Shown: positions 27,327-35,687, counted from the stretch's first letter. The stretch is 40,258 nt of DNA from Eubacteriales bacterium (GCA_045631585.1 JAZQUX010000102.1:1-40258); one strand, 5' to 3'. Numbers and translations are program-made. The notes: generated from the sequence alone by a model not told the origin.

Positions 27327-29159
27327 TTATTCTTCGTTAGAAGTCTCTTCCGCTTCAACAGCCTCGGCCTCAGCGACCTCTGCTTCAGCAACCTCAGCCT
27401 CTACAGCCTCGGCCTCGACGACCTCTGCTTCAGCGACTTCAGCCTCTACAGCCTCAGCCTCAGCAACCTCTGCTTCAGCGACTTCAGCCTCAACAGCCTC
27501 GGCCTGGGCGACCTCTGCTTCAGCGACTTCAGCCTCTACAGCCTCAGTCTCTACGACCTCTGCTTCAGCAACTTCTGCCTCTACAGCCTCAGCCTCGACG
27601 ACCTCAGCTTCAGCAACTTCAGCCTCGACGACCTCGGCTTCAGCAACTTCAGCCTCAACAGCCTCAGCCTCGACGACCTCTGCTTCAGCAACTTCAGCCT
27701 CAACGACCTCAGCCTCAACAACGGCTTCTTCTGCCACAGGAGCTTCAAATACCGTCTCTTCGACATTGGGCGCCTCAAATGCCTCCTCGACAACGGGCAC
27801 CACAACGGTCTCTTCGACAACAGGAGCGACCTCAGGGGCTGCAGGCTGGGCCTGCGAATGATTGATGGCCTGTGCCATAGCGGCAACACTATTCGCCGCG
27901 CCCTGATTGGAAACGTTGGTTGCGGTCATGCTGAGCATCAACTGCTGCATCATCTGCTGTTGCTCTTCCTGAGCCTGCATAATCATGCGGCGCTGTTCTT
28001 CTTCGTCGGCGCGGCGTCTGATCTCATCCTGACGGCGGCGCTCTTCGTCCTGACGCTGACGATGCTCCTGCGCGATGCGAATATTGCGAATTTCCATCGC
28101 GGTATTGCTCTCAATGATTGCCAAATTCTGCTGTTCTACGTACAGCGCGTGATCGTGTGCAATCAAAGATCTGCGAACGGAACGGACATAAGCCGCAAAG
28201 ACGATCAAATACAAACCAAGTGCGACGTTAATCACAGCGGATGCATAGGTAATGATGGTAGCTTCCGCTCCCACAAACAATTTCAAAATTTCGCCAACAA
28301 CAGGAATGTTCATCAGCATTCCCAGTATAACGGCAGCTGCAATGCTGATCAAACCGCCCAAAATATAGAAGAAACCGAAGAAGCAAGGACCAAACATGGG
28401 GGTCTTCTTATTCAAGTTCCAAGCCTTACCCTTGTAGGAAGTAGGATCCATGACACCAATCAGATATCTCATGGAGCGGCGCGTCTTGCCAAATACACGA
28501 GCATGAGCCGTCACAATCCAAATAACCAAAGCAGAGATAACCGCCATAGCAATCCAGAAATAGGTCTGGCCTTCTGTGATCAATGCTTGAAGCTCCTCCA
28601 ACTCCAGACCTTCCATACCGATGTATGCGGAAATGTCAGAAATCAAATCATTCAGAAGCAGAGCGCAAATAACGATCAGCGCAATACCAAGGATGGAGAA
28701 GATGGCCGACAAAACAGCCAAGAACTTCTGCAGACCAATGTAGGAACCCATGGAGAACAGGCGATCGACCTGCGACGTGCGTTCATTCGATCCAACCAAC
28801 TGCCACGTTGTAATGGCAGAAGCCAAAGCGAGCGAAAAAGATAGAATGTTAAACAAAATGGTGATACCGGTAGTCAACAACGTCATACCGCCGATGGCAG
28901 AGCCAAACTTGTTGTAGGTATCGATGAGGTCCTTGATGGAGATGACCATAACCGCCAACGAAGCAACAGAAATGATCGTCATCAAAATTGCTAAGAAGAT
29001 GAAAGCACCCGAGCGCAACGACTTCTTCACAACGCCGGGACGACCGGAAATCATCGCATTCACCTTGCCTCTTTGATATGCCGTGGCTACATGATATCCG
29101 CAGTTGGGACACAAAAGCGAACCATTTGCCACAGGAGCCTGACAATTGGGACAATTCAT
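27327..29159 (-). CDS. Zinc-ribbon / six-TM / coiled-coil protein with an acidic A-E-V repeat tail; function unknown
   Basis: 610 aa. CPNC-x10-CPNC at the N-terminus and six hydrophobic segments. Then [27 protein letters not shown]...QQQMMQQ, then about 135 aa of [11 protein letters not shown](V/A)EAE units. GAGGAG RBS. Confidence 0.8.
   Translation of the reverse strand: MNCPNCQAPVANGSLLCPNCGYHVATAYQRGKVNAMISGRPGVVKKSLRSGAFIFLAILMTIISVASLAVMVISIKDLIDTYNKFGSAIGGMTLLTTGITILFNILSFSLALASAITTWQLVGSNERTSQVDRLFSMGSYIGLQKFLAVLSAIFSILGIALIVICALLLNDLISDISAYIGMEGLELEELQALITEGQTYFWIAMAVISALVIWIVTAHARVFGKTRRSMRYLIGVMDPTSYKGKAWNLNKKTPMFGPCFFGFFYILGGLISIAAAVILGMLMNIPVVGEILKLFVGAEATIITYASAVINVALGLYLIVFAAYVRSVRRSLIAHDHALYVEQQNLAIIESNTAMEIRNIRIAQEHRQRQDEERRRQDEIRRRADEEEQRRMIMQAQEEQQQMMQQLMLSMTATNVSNQGAANSVAAMAQAINHSQAQPAAPEVAPVVEETVVVPVVEEAFEAPNVEETVFEAPVAEEAVVEAEVVEAEVAEAEVVEAEAVEAEVAEAEVVEAEVAEAEVVEAEAVEAEVAEAEVVETEAVEAEVAEAEVAQAEAVEAEVAEAEVAEAEAVEAEVAEAEVVEAEAVEAEVAEAEVAEAEAVEAEETSNEE
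27352..27725 (-). repeat. In-frame 45-bp tandem repeat: five exact-length units at 27361-27585, then 75- and 60-bp variants
   Basis: Units read gcctcRgcctcNNcNacctctgcttcagcRacYtcagcctcWaca. They differ mainly at synonymous or conservative positions and encode the A/E/V tail of the 610-aa protein. Confidence 0.9.
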
Positions 29160-29197
29160 AAAAATTTCTCCTCGTCTTTCAAAGTATTATTAAAAAA

Positions 29198-29226
29198 ATT
29201 ATATCACCATATATTGTTTGTGTCAA
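29198..29226 (-). promoter_or_regulatory. Consensus sigma-A promoter of the zinc-ribbon membrane protein gene
   Basis: Minus strand reads TTGACA (29226-29221), a 17-nt spacer, then TATAAT (29203-29198), with TGa immediately upstream (extended -10). This is the best promoter match in the window. Confidence 0.7.
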
Positions 29227-29279
29227 GATATTTTTTACAAAATATTCACATTTTCCCATTTCGATTTTCTATAACCCCT

Positions 29280-29324
29280 AAAAAACCGATAAGCACCGCA
29301 AGCCTTTTGTGGTCTGCGGTGCTT
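29280..29324 (-). terminator. Terminator after the sigma / anti-sigma / wHTH operon
   Basis: Stem aagcaccgca / tgcggtgctt (29291-29324). On the minus strand it is followed by atcggtttttt. Confidence 0.65.
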
Positions 29325-29365
29325 AATCTATCTTGCATCATTTCATTTTTTTGAAGCGGAACACG

Positions 29366-30037
29366 TCATTCCAACCGATATCCTTTTCCACGCACAGTGG
29401 TAATCAAATGAAGACCTGTGGGTCGCTCGATCTTACGGCGCAAAAAGCAAATATAGACCTCCAGCTTGTTGGTCTGTGCCCCATCTGCGCCGGCAAGACA
29501 GGCCTGCAGCTGTTCTTTGGTAACGGTCTGCCCTCTGTTGTCAATCAAAACGCGCATCATCGCTCCTTCCGTTGGCGACAAACGAACGGTATGCCCGCCG
29601 AAGGAAAGCTCGGTATCACTTTCCATGGCAAACGACAATTCATCAATTGGGACGAAGGAGCGCGTCTCTTGGCCGTTGGGTTCTTCGGCAAATGCGGCGG
29701 CATATCCGCACACCTCGCCCAACAATGCGCGCAAGCGGCGGGTCGCAAATGGACGAAGCAGCAAATGCGAAAGCTTCGCTGTCAATTCCGCAGGCAGCGC
29801 AGTTGTATCGCGGCAAATGCCCGCCGCGGCCACAGCCTCGCTCATCATCAGCGCTTCCGCTACGCCGGGGCTGTCCAAATCCAGCAAAAGAAGGCTCTCC
29901 TCCGTATGGGTCGGCAGACGATCCACCACCTGCAACGAAAGTGCCATTTCGCGGCATTCCAAGGACACCAAACGCGAAAGAGCTTTGTCCGTACTAACCA
30001 AGACCAAAGAAGTCGTTACGGAATTTTTGTCAGCCAT
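29366..30037 (-). CDS. OmpR-type winged-helix regulator with a degenerate (pseudo-)receiver domain
   Basis: The C-terminus is a clear Trans_reg_C domain (VRLSPTEGAMMRVL...LEVYICFLRRKIE...TVRGKGYRLE). The N-terminal half has receiver spacing: LVLVSTD replaces the DD pocket, LLLLDLD keeps an Asp, no conserved T/S, and LLRPF replaces KPF. Overlaps the anti-sigma gene by 22 nt. GGAGGGAG RBS. Confidence 0.75.
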   Translation of the reverse strand: MADKNSVTTSLVLVSTDKALSRLVSLECREMALSLQVVDRLPTHTEESLLLLDLDSPGVAEALMMSEAVAAAGICRDTTALPAELTAKLSHLLLRPFATRRLRALLGEVCGYAAAFAEEPNGQETRSFVPIDELSFAMESDTELSFGGHTVRLSPTEGAMMRVLIDNRGQTVTKEQLQACLAGADGAQTNKLEVYICFLRRKIERPTGLHLITTVRGKGYRLE

Positions 30038-30867
30038 AACGCATCTCCCTCCAATCTGACTGAGAAACGGATCATGTCATCTGTGTCCGGATGGAGAATC
30101 AGCAGATCACCCACCAAAATGGCAGGTGCCAAAATCTCACCGTCCTCATCAGAGTAATAAACCGTATTGTCCTCGGCCGAAACACTCAAGGTTGCCGTCT
30201 CGCCTTTCCAGTCGCCACTCAAAAATTCCCACAGCGTGGCGCTTTCCTCCGGGGCAGGCGTTTGGCGATACAATACTACGTGCGCAATGCCTTCGCTAGG
30301 GCAATCTGCGGAAGGTCCATCCTGTCCGGGCCTTTCACTCCCCGGGGCATCTAGCTCAGGGTCATCACAACCGGGGTCATCATTCTCCGGCGTATCCTCC
30401 GAGGGCTCTTCATAATCGCCAGGCTCTTCGGCAGGGGGTGCCTGATCCTCGTTTTCCGGGTCTTTCGTCGCATCGTCTTGGTTGGGAGCTTCCGGCGTGG
30501 GTGCTTGATGCTTGCGAAGGGCGGGAGGAATGATCAACAATGCCAGCAACAGACATACGCCTGCAAGCGACGCACTCAAGCGGCGCCACATTACGGCACG
30601 GTTCTTACGAGCGAGACGCGGCTCCTCAGCAACAACGCGCATGATGGCATCATGCACCAACGGATCCGGCACTACATCATCCGCAGCCGCCACCAAATCC
30701 AACAATTCCTGAGCCTGGCGATATTCAGCAGCGCAATCAGGGCAACCGTCTAGATGAGCCTTGACAGCTGCTGATTGTTCCGTATTCAATTCACCGTCAA
30801 GATAAGCATCCAAATGGGTTTTGATCCACTCGCACCCAAAAGTTGCCCCGTTGTTTCCTTTCATCAT
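30016..30867 (-). CDS. ZAS-type (zf-HC2) anti-sigma factor: one TM, an acidic Pro/Asp/Glu linker and a C-terminal beta-rich domain
   Basis: C-x(n)-HLDGCPDC (HxxxCxxC) near the N-terminus. TM is LAGVCLLLALLIIPPAL. Start placed at ATG 30867 (GAGAGGA upstream); the track start is 30891. Confidence 0.8.
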   Translation of the reverse strand: MMKGNNGATFGCEWIKTHLDAYLDGELNTEQSAAVKAHLDGCPDCAAEYRQAQELLDLVAAADDVVPDPLVHDAIMRVVAEEPRLARKNRAVMWRRLSASLAGVCLLLALLIIPPALRKHQAPTPEAPNQDDATKDPENEDQAPPAEEPGDYEEPSEDTPENDDPGCDDPELDAPGSERPGQDGPSADCPSEGIAHVVLYRQTPAPEESATLWEFLSGDWKGETATLSVSAEDNTVYYSDEDGEILAPAILVGDLLILHPDTDDMIRFSVRLEGDALWLTKIP

Positions 30868-30922
30868 ATTATATCCTCTCATCTGAGTCATTTTCTTTGT
30901 CTATTGATATAGACGCTCGAAA

Positions 30923-31522
30923 TTAAAAAATCTTCCGCATTTTCAATATTTTTTTCAAATGTTCCCGAGCGCGCGATAGTCGGCTTGCCACCGTTCCTGC
31001 CTCAAGGTTGAGAATGCTTCCGATTTCGGCGTAAGACAACCCTTGAATGTCTTTGAGCAAGATGATCTGCCGATGTTCGTCCGACAATTCCTCGATGGCC
31101 TCTCTGACCATCGCAATTCTTTCTTTTCTCACGACATCCACATCCGGGCGACTGCTCTCGTCCTCGTCCCGAACCTCGCGTTCCACCCATTCTCCGTTGT
31201 CATCTTGAACAGTCATGGATTCTTCATGACTTCTCACCCGTTGCCGTCGCCGCTCGAGATCCAGGGCAACGGTTCTTGTAATTTTCAACAAATACACCAA
31301 GAGCGAACACTCAAATCGATAGGTTGGCAATACCCGCCATAGCTTGATGAACGTCTCTTGCATAGCGTCCTCGGCATCCTGCTTGTGCCGTAGCATCGAA
31401 AAGGCAAGACGGTATACCTTTACCTCATAGCGTGTCATCAACCGCTCAAAGGCCGCCTCATCGCCTGCTTGCGCCAGCTCAATGTCCCTTCGCTCATCTG
31501 GAATATCCGGATGCTTTGGCAT
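30923..31522 (-). CDS. ECF-type sigma-70 family sigma factor
   Basis: Region 2 (FERLMTRYEVKVYRLAFSMLRHKQDAEDAMQETFIKLW) and region 4 (LKDIQGLSYAEIGSILNLEAGTVASRLSRAREHLKK). Confidence 0.88.
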   Translation of the reverse strand: MPKHPDIPDERRDIELAQAGDEAAFERLMTRYEVKVYRLAFSMLRHKQDAEDAMQETFIKLWRVLPTYRFECSLLVYLLKITRTVALDLERRRQRVRSHEESMTVQDDNGEWVEREVRDEDESSRPDVDVVRKERIAMVREAIEELSDEHRQIILLKDIQGLSYAEIGSILNLEAGTVASRLSRAREHLKKILKMRKIF

Positions 31523-31557
31523 TCCCGTCCCCCCTTTCTCGTTTCATCTTATCTTTT

Positions 31558-32592
31558 TTATCGGATCAATCCGAGCATAATTTGTTCTGCTTCTTGCGGG
31601 GATGTAGCCGTCATCAGCCTTCCTCGCGCATCAGCGGCGCCCGCAACACCGTGAATATACCACGCCAGCTGCTTTTTGGACTCAGCAAAGCCCACGCGCT
31701 CGCCCTTTTCCTCTATCATACGCACCATCTGACCAATGGCGGTTTTCACACGTTCTTCCAGCGTCGGAGGTGTAAATTCTCTCCCCTCCAATGCCGCCGC
31801 AATCTCTGAGAACAACCACGGATTTCCCATGGCGCCACGGGCGATCATCAAGCCGTCACAGCCCGTCACTTTCTTCATGTTCAGCGCTTCACCGGCGCTC
31901 ATAATATCTCCGTTGCCAATCACGGGAACACGCACGGCGGCCTTGACAGCGGCAATCGTTGCCAGATCCACCCCCGGGCGGTACATTTGTTCTCTGGTGC
32001 GGCCGTGAACACAAATGGCCGCGGCGCCTGCCGCTTCCAATTCTTGTGCCATCTCAACCGCACAGATGTGCTCGGCATCAAAACCGATGCGAATCTTGAC
32101 CGTCACAGGAAGATCCACCGCCGCACAAACGGCACGCACAATGCGTCCCGCCAAGGGAATATCGCGAAGCAAGGCGCTTCCCTCGCCATTGGATACGATC
32201 TTATGTACCGGACACCCCATGTTGATATCAATGGCGGCGGGGCGTGCTTGGCTGGTACATCCCGCGTAGGAGCCTTCGGCCACCATAGCCGCCGCTTCCG
32301 CCATAAATTCCGGCTCACTTCCAAACAGTTGCACCGCCATCGGGACATCATCCGCCCACACTTTAGCCAAAGGCGCGCTCTTGGAGTTTTCTCCCACCGA
32401 CGCGCGTCGACTCTTTTTTTCATAACACAGCGATTTGGCCGATACCATTTCGCTAACGGTAAATTCAGCGCCCAGCGATCGGCAGATGCGGCGGAAGGGA
32501 TGATCGCTCACTCCGGCCAAGGGAGCGAGCATCAAGCCATGACGCAATGACGTCTCCCCAATACGAAGCGCGGGGGTTTCCAAGTTATTCAT
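31558..32592 (-). CDS. dusB: tRNA-dihydrouridine synthase
   Basis: LMLAPLAGVSDHPFRRICR...IDINMGCP..K....G.GSALL....  ..VTVKIRIG...HGRTREQ. Confidence 0.9.
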   Translation of the reverse strand: MNNLETPALRIGETSLRHGLMLAPLAGVSDHPFRRICRSLGAEFTVSEMVSAKSLCYEKKSRRASVGENSKSAPLAKVWADDVPMAVQLFGSEPEFMAEAAAMVAEGSYAGCTSQARPAAIDINMGCPVHKIVSNGEGSALLRDIPLAGRIVRAVCAAVDLPVTVKIRIGFDAEHICAVEMAQELEAAGAAAICVHGRTREQMYRPGVDLATIAAVKAAVRVPVIGNGDIMSAGEALNMKKVTGCDGLMIARGAMGNPWLFSEIAAALEGREFTPPTLEERVKTAIGQMVRMIEEKGERVGFAESKKQLAWYIHGVAGAADARGRLMTATSPQEAEQIMLGLIR

Positions 32593-33187
32593 CCGCAGCC
32601 TCCTCTATGTCCGGCGCTACGCCCAGTTCTTCCAGCTTTTGTCGAATCTCCCGCATATCGCGCAGCATATCCTCTCTCTTGGAGGTGTCGCGCAACAGCG
32701 CCGACGGATGATAGACGGCCATCATCCATACACCGTTTTTGTAAAACCATTTGCCGTGCTCTTTGGTGATGCGGATATCCGGCTTGATCAATCTCATAGC
32801 GGCAATGCGTCCAAGGCAAACCAAAACCTTGGGTTGAATCAGTCGGAATTGTTCCCGCAAATAACCAATACAAGCGTCCTGCTCCCCTTGTTCGGGATCA
32901 CGATTGTGAGGCGGACGGCACTTGAGAATATTGGCAATATACACCTTGTCGCGGGGCAAATCAACGGCATACAAATAGCGATCCAACAATTTCCCGGCCG
33001 CACCGACAAAAGGAATGCCACTCTCATCCTCCTGTTCGCCCGGCGCCTCGCCGACAAACATCAAACTCGCAAGGGGATCTCCCGTACCGAATACGTTATT
33101 CTTTCTGCGCTCTCCCAACGGGCAAGCGCGGCAATCGCGACAGCGAGCGATCAGCTCCTGCCAGCGCTCCTCTTGATTATTTTTCAT
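32585..33187 (-). CDS. Family-4 uracil-DNA glycosylase (Fe-S type)
   Basis: CRDCRACPL...GTGDPLASLMFVGEAPGEQED..G.PFVG.AG.LL...ANILKCRPP.NR.P....C... Confidence 0.88.
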   Translation of the reverse strand: MKNNQEERWQELIARCRDCRACPLGERRKNNVFGTGDPLASLMFVGEAPGEQEDESGIPFVGAAGKLLDRYLYAVDLPRDKVYIANILKCRPPHNRDPEQGEQDACIGYLREQFRLIQPKVLVCLGRIAAMRLIKPDIRITKEHGKWFYKNGVWMMAVYHPSALLRDTSKREDMLRDMREIRQKLEELGVAPDIEEAADE

Positions 33188-33204
33188 ACGGGTCCCTCCT
33201 TTCG

Positions 33205-33245
33205 GACAAGAAACGGGGGTAAGACGCGTGATCTATCCCCCGTTT
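33205..33245 (-). terminator. Possible terminator after the PPIase gene
   Basis: Stem aaacggggg / cccccgttt (33211-33245) with a 17-nt loop and a weak U tail. Confidence 0.35.
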
Positions 33246-33263
33246 GTGTATCACCATTTTTGA

Positions 33264-34007
33264 TCAGCGCTCAACAGGATACAGAATCTTGAGCTGATTG
33301 ATTTTGGAACGGTAAGCCGCCTGTTGCTTTTCCATGGTCAGCTGACGAACCAACGCTTCGCGCACGTCACCGAAATGCATCGGCTCTGCCGCTTTTTTAC
33401 CGTCCAGACGGATCAAGTGATAGCCAAACTGTGTCTGTACGGGGCCGCGAACCTCACCCACTTCCATCTCGAAGCAAGCGGCGTCGAACTCCGGCACCAT
33501 CTGGCCGTGGCCAAACTCACCAAGGCTACCACCCTGCGCACCGGACGGGCAAGAGCTGTTCTCACGCGCGGCATCCTCAAACGAGATCTCACCCGCATTG
33601 ATCTTGGCCAGCAGTTCGTTGGCCTTGTCCTCGCTATCCACAAGAATGTGGCTGGCGCTGACAGATTCCTGACCCATAAACTGATCGGCATTGTCCTCAA
33701 AATACTTCTTAGCCTCATCATCCGTCACGCGAACGCCCGAAACCACCTTGCCCACGGCATAGTTGATCAAAAGATCCTCCTTGACGCGCGCCAACTGTTC
33801 CTTAAATGCAGCCTCGCGCTCGTACAGATTGCGAGTGGCATCCAACAAAAGCAGCTTCTGCGCGATCAATTCTTCCAAAATCATCGCTCTGCCCTGGGGG
33901 CTCTTATATGCCTGAGCCTGCTGTCCCATAGACGCGATCATGGCGTCTACATCTTCATTGGTAATCTGCTTGCCGCCAACGACGGCCAGTACGTTATTAT
34001 TTTCCAT
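33264..34007 (-). CDS. Parvulin-type peptidyl-prolyl isomerase (SurA_N-like plus PpiC domains); no evident signal peptide
   Basis: ASHILV...A.......G..F...A...S.CPS...GG.LG.F..G.MV.EF......  ...GEV.GPV.T.FGYHLI. Confidence 0.85.
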   Translation of the reverse strand: MENNNVLAVVGGKQITNEDVDAMIASMGQQAQAYKSPQGRAMILEELIAQKLLLLDATRNLYEREAAFKEQLARVKEDLLINYAVGKVVSGVRVTDDEAKKYFEDNADQFMGQESVSASHILVDSEDKANELLAKINAGEISFEDAARENSSCPSGAQGGSLGEFGHGQMVPEFDAACFEMEVGEVRGPVQTQFGYHLIRLDGKKAAEPMHFGDVREALVRQLTMEKQQAAYRSKINQLKILYPVER

Positions 34008-34049
34008 TGTTTGATTATCCTTTCGCCAAAACAGTGTTTTATCTCATAC

Positions 34050-34078
34050 AGTATAACACAATTCGCCCCCGGTGTCAA
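34050..34078 (-). promoter_or_regulatory. Predicted sigma-A promoter of the PPIase gene
   Basis: Minus strand reads TTGACA (34078-34073), a 17-nt spacer, then TATACT (34055-34050), with a TGt extended -10. Confidence 0.6.
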
Positions 34079-34106
34079 TGTTTTTTATCACACTGCCGCG
34101 CGAAGC

Positions 34107-34148
34107 AAAAAAAGAAGAGAGCGCTCCCGCAACCTGTGGGAACGCTCT
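34107..34148 (-). terminator. Rho-independent terminator after the SPFH-RHH pair
   Basis: On the minus strand: agagcgttccc / gggagcgctct stem (one G-U), 9-nt loop, then cttcttttttt. Confidence 0.7.
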
Positions 34149-34153
34149 GCTTT

Positions 34154-34375
34154 TTATTTTTGCTGATCGGCCCGTGTATCACCAAGCTCAATATCCAGCG
34201 GTGCGTCGATCTCATCCGAGACATACTTGCCGTTCTTCTTGCGTTGGCGCACACATTCCGTCAAAAGGTACTCAATCTGCCCGTTGACCGATCGGAAATC
34301 GTCCTCCGCCCATGCGGCAATGGCGTTATACAACTTCTCCGTCAGTCGCAAAGGAATTTGTTTTTTCTCTGCCAT
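34154..34375 (-). CDS. Small ribbon-helix-helix (Arc/HicB-antitoxin-like) DNA-binding protein with an acidic tail
   Basis: 73 aa starting at the internal ATG 34375: MAEKKQIPLRLTEKLYNAIAAWAEDDFRSVNGQIEYLLTECVRQ... This is a beta-strand plus two helices of the RHH type. The ATG lies 1 nt after the SPFH stop (TGAtATG). The longer track ORF (to 34537) would overlap the SPFH gene. Confidence 0.65.
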   Translation of the reverse strand: MAEKKQIPLRLTEKLYNAIAAWAEDDFRSVNGQIEYLLTECVRQRKKNGKYVSDEIDAPLDIELGDTRADQQK

Positions 34376-34376
34376 A

Positions 34377-35399
34377 TCAATACAAGCTTCCCGAATTAAC
34401 CACAGGCTGTGCGTCGCGATTGCCGCAAAGCACGACGAGCAGGTTAGAGACCATGGCCGCTTTTCTTTCGCTATCCAATTCCACCTTGCCTGTTTGCTCC
34501 AGACGATCCAGTGCCATCTCAACCATGCCGACCGCACCTTCCACGATCATCTTACGGGCATCGATAATAGCGGATGCCTGTTGACGTTGCAGCATGACAG
34601 CTGCAATTTCAGTCGCATACGCAAGGTAGGTGATGCGAGCCTCGATGATTTCAATGCCCGCCGCGTTGACGCGCTCCTGAATTTCATCGCGGATACGAGT
34701 TGCAACGACCTCGCTCGAGCCGCGCAAGCTACCGTCGTCGGCCATGCCGTCCCCCGTCGTATCCACGCCGGGTGCCATATCGTAAGGATAAATGCGGACG
34801 ATGTTGCGAAGGGCGGTGTCGCACTGTAACGAGAGATATTCCTTATAATTGTCCACGTCGAATACCGCTTTGGCTGTATCGACGATGCGCCAAGTCACGG
34901 CAATTCCGATCTCCACGGGGTTACCCAGGCAGTCATTGATCTTTTGACGGTTATTGTTGAGCGTCATAATCTTGAGCGACAGCTTTTTGGCGGACAACTC
35001 CATCGAAGTAGAGGAAGAAGAAGTCGCCACTGCGGGCGCTGTTACCGTTTTCACGTCGCCGGACTGGTTCAAAACCGTCTTGGCGGCAGGATTGACGGCG
35101 ATACAGAACGGATTAACAAAGTAAAAGCCTTCGCCCTTGAGCGTACCGATGTACTTACCGAACAGCGTCAATACCAGCGCCTCCTGCGGTTTGAGCACCT
35201 TGAGTCCGGGAAGCACAACCCAGCCAAGACAAATATAAATCAAGCTGACGAGTAACAGCGGCGTCGGCACATCCGTATTGGAGCGTCCCATGTCGATCGC
35301 ACCAAAGATGATACCTACCATAGCAGCAATATACAGCAGGATGGTGATGACCAGCACCAGCATTCCTTTTTTCTTGCCCTTCAAAATAATTTCTTGCAT
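34377..35399 (-). CDS. SPFH/band-7 (stomatin/prohibitin-like) membrane protein
   Basis: Two N-terminal TM segments, then LKVLKPQEALVLTLFGKYIGTLKGEGFYFVNPF and a C-terminal Ala/Glu-rich helix (EIIEARITYLAYATEIAAVMLQRQQASA). Confidence 0.8.
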   Translation of the reverse strand: MQEIILKGKKKGMLVLVITILLYIAAMVGIIFGAIDMGRSNTDVPTPLLLVSLIYICLGWVVLPGLKVLKPQEALVLTLFGKYIGTLKGEGFYFVNPFCIAVNPAAKTVLNQSGDVKTVTAPAVATSSSSTSMELSAKKLSLKIMTLNNNRQKINDCLGNPVEIGIAVTWRIVDTAKAVFDVDNYKEYLSLQCDTALRNIVRIYPYDMAPGVDTTGDGMADDGSLRGSSEVVATRIRDEIQERVNAAGIEIIEARITYLAYATEIAAVMLQRQQASAIIDARKMIVEGAVGMVEMALDRLEQTGKVELDSERKAAMVSNLLVVLCGNRDAQPVVNSGSLY

Positions 35400-35435
35400 A
35401 AAATATACTCCTTTCTAAATATATCATGTCCTATT

Positions 35436-35474
35436 TGATATCAATATGATATCACGCAAAGAGGAGTTTGTCAA
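35436..35474 (-). promoter_or_regulatory. Predicted promoter of the SPFH-RHH unit with twin TGATATCA palindromes (candidate operator)
   Basis: Minus strand reads TTGACA (35474-35469), a 17-nt spacer, then TATCAT (35451-35446). TGATATCA occurs at 35447-35454 (overlapping the -10) and at 35436-35443 (around +1), 11 bp apart. Confidence 0.5.
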
Positions 35475-35687
35475 TAGGAACGGGAAACTTTTTGAGAATT
35501 TTCGGGGAAAACCACAAGTGGGTTTCCCCCCATTCCGCGTCCGCGGAACATTCCCCTTTCGGTCGCTTTGGAAGAGTGGAAAACGTCCCCCTCTGCAGAG
35601 GGCGACAAGGGCGCTTCTCTCAATCTGCGAGCCTTTTTGAAAAGGATCGACCGAAAACTTTTATTTTTGAATCATATTCTTTTCACA

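Noticed and set aside
27352-27725. Possibility that the regular repeats form a CRISPR array.
   Set aside because: The units are directly adjacent with no unique spacers, the period is 45 bp and in frame, and no cas genes are present.
27286-27861. 191-aa plus-strand ORF made of [13 protein letters not shown] repeats.
   Set aside because: It is the antisense reading of the 45-bp repeat array. It starts inside the bidirectional terminator, has no RBS, and the minus-strand frame is continuous with a 610-aa protein.
32405-32425. An A7/T7 homopolymer inside dusB (codons for EKKSRR) as a possible phase-variation tract.
   Set aside because: The tract is short and sits in a housekeeping gene, the frame is intact, and such runs are common.
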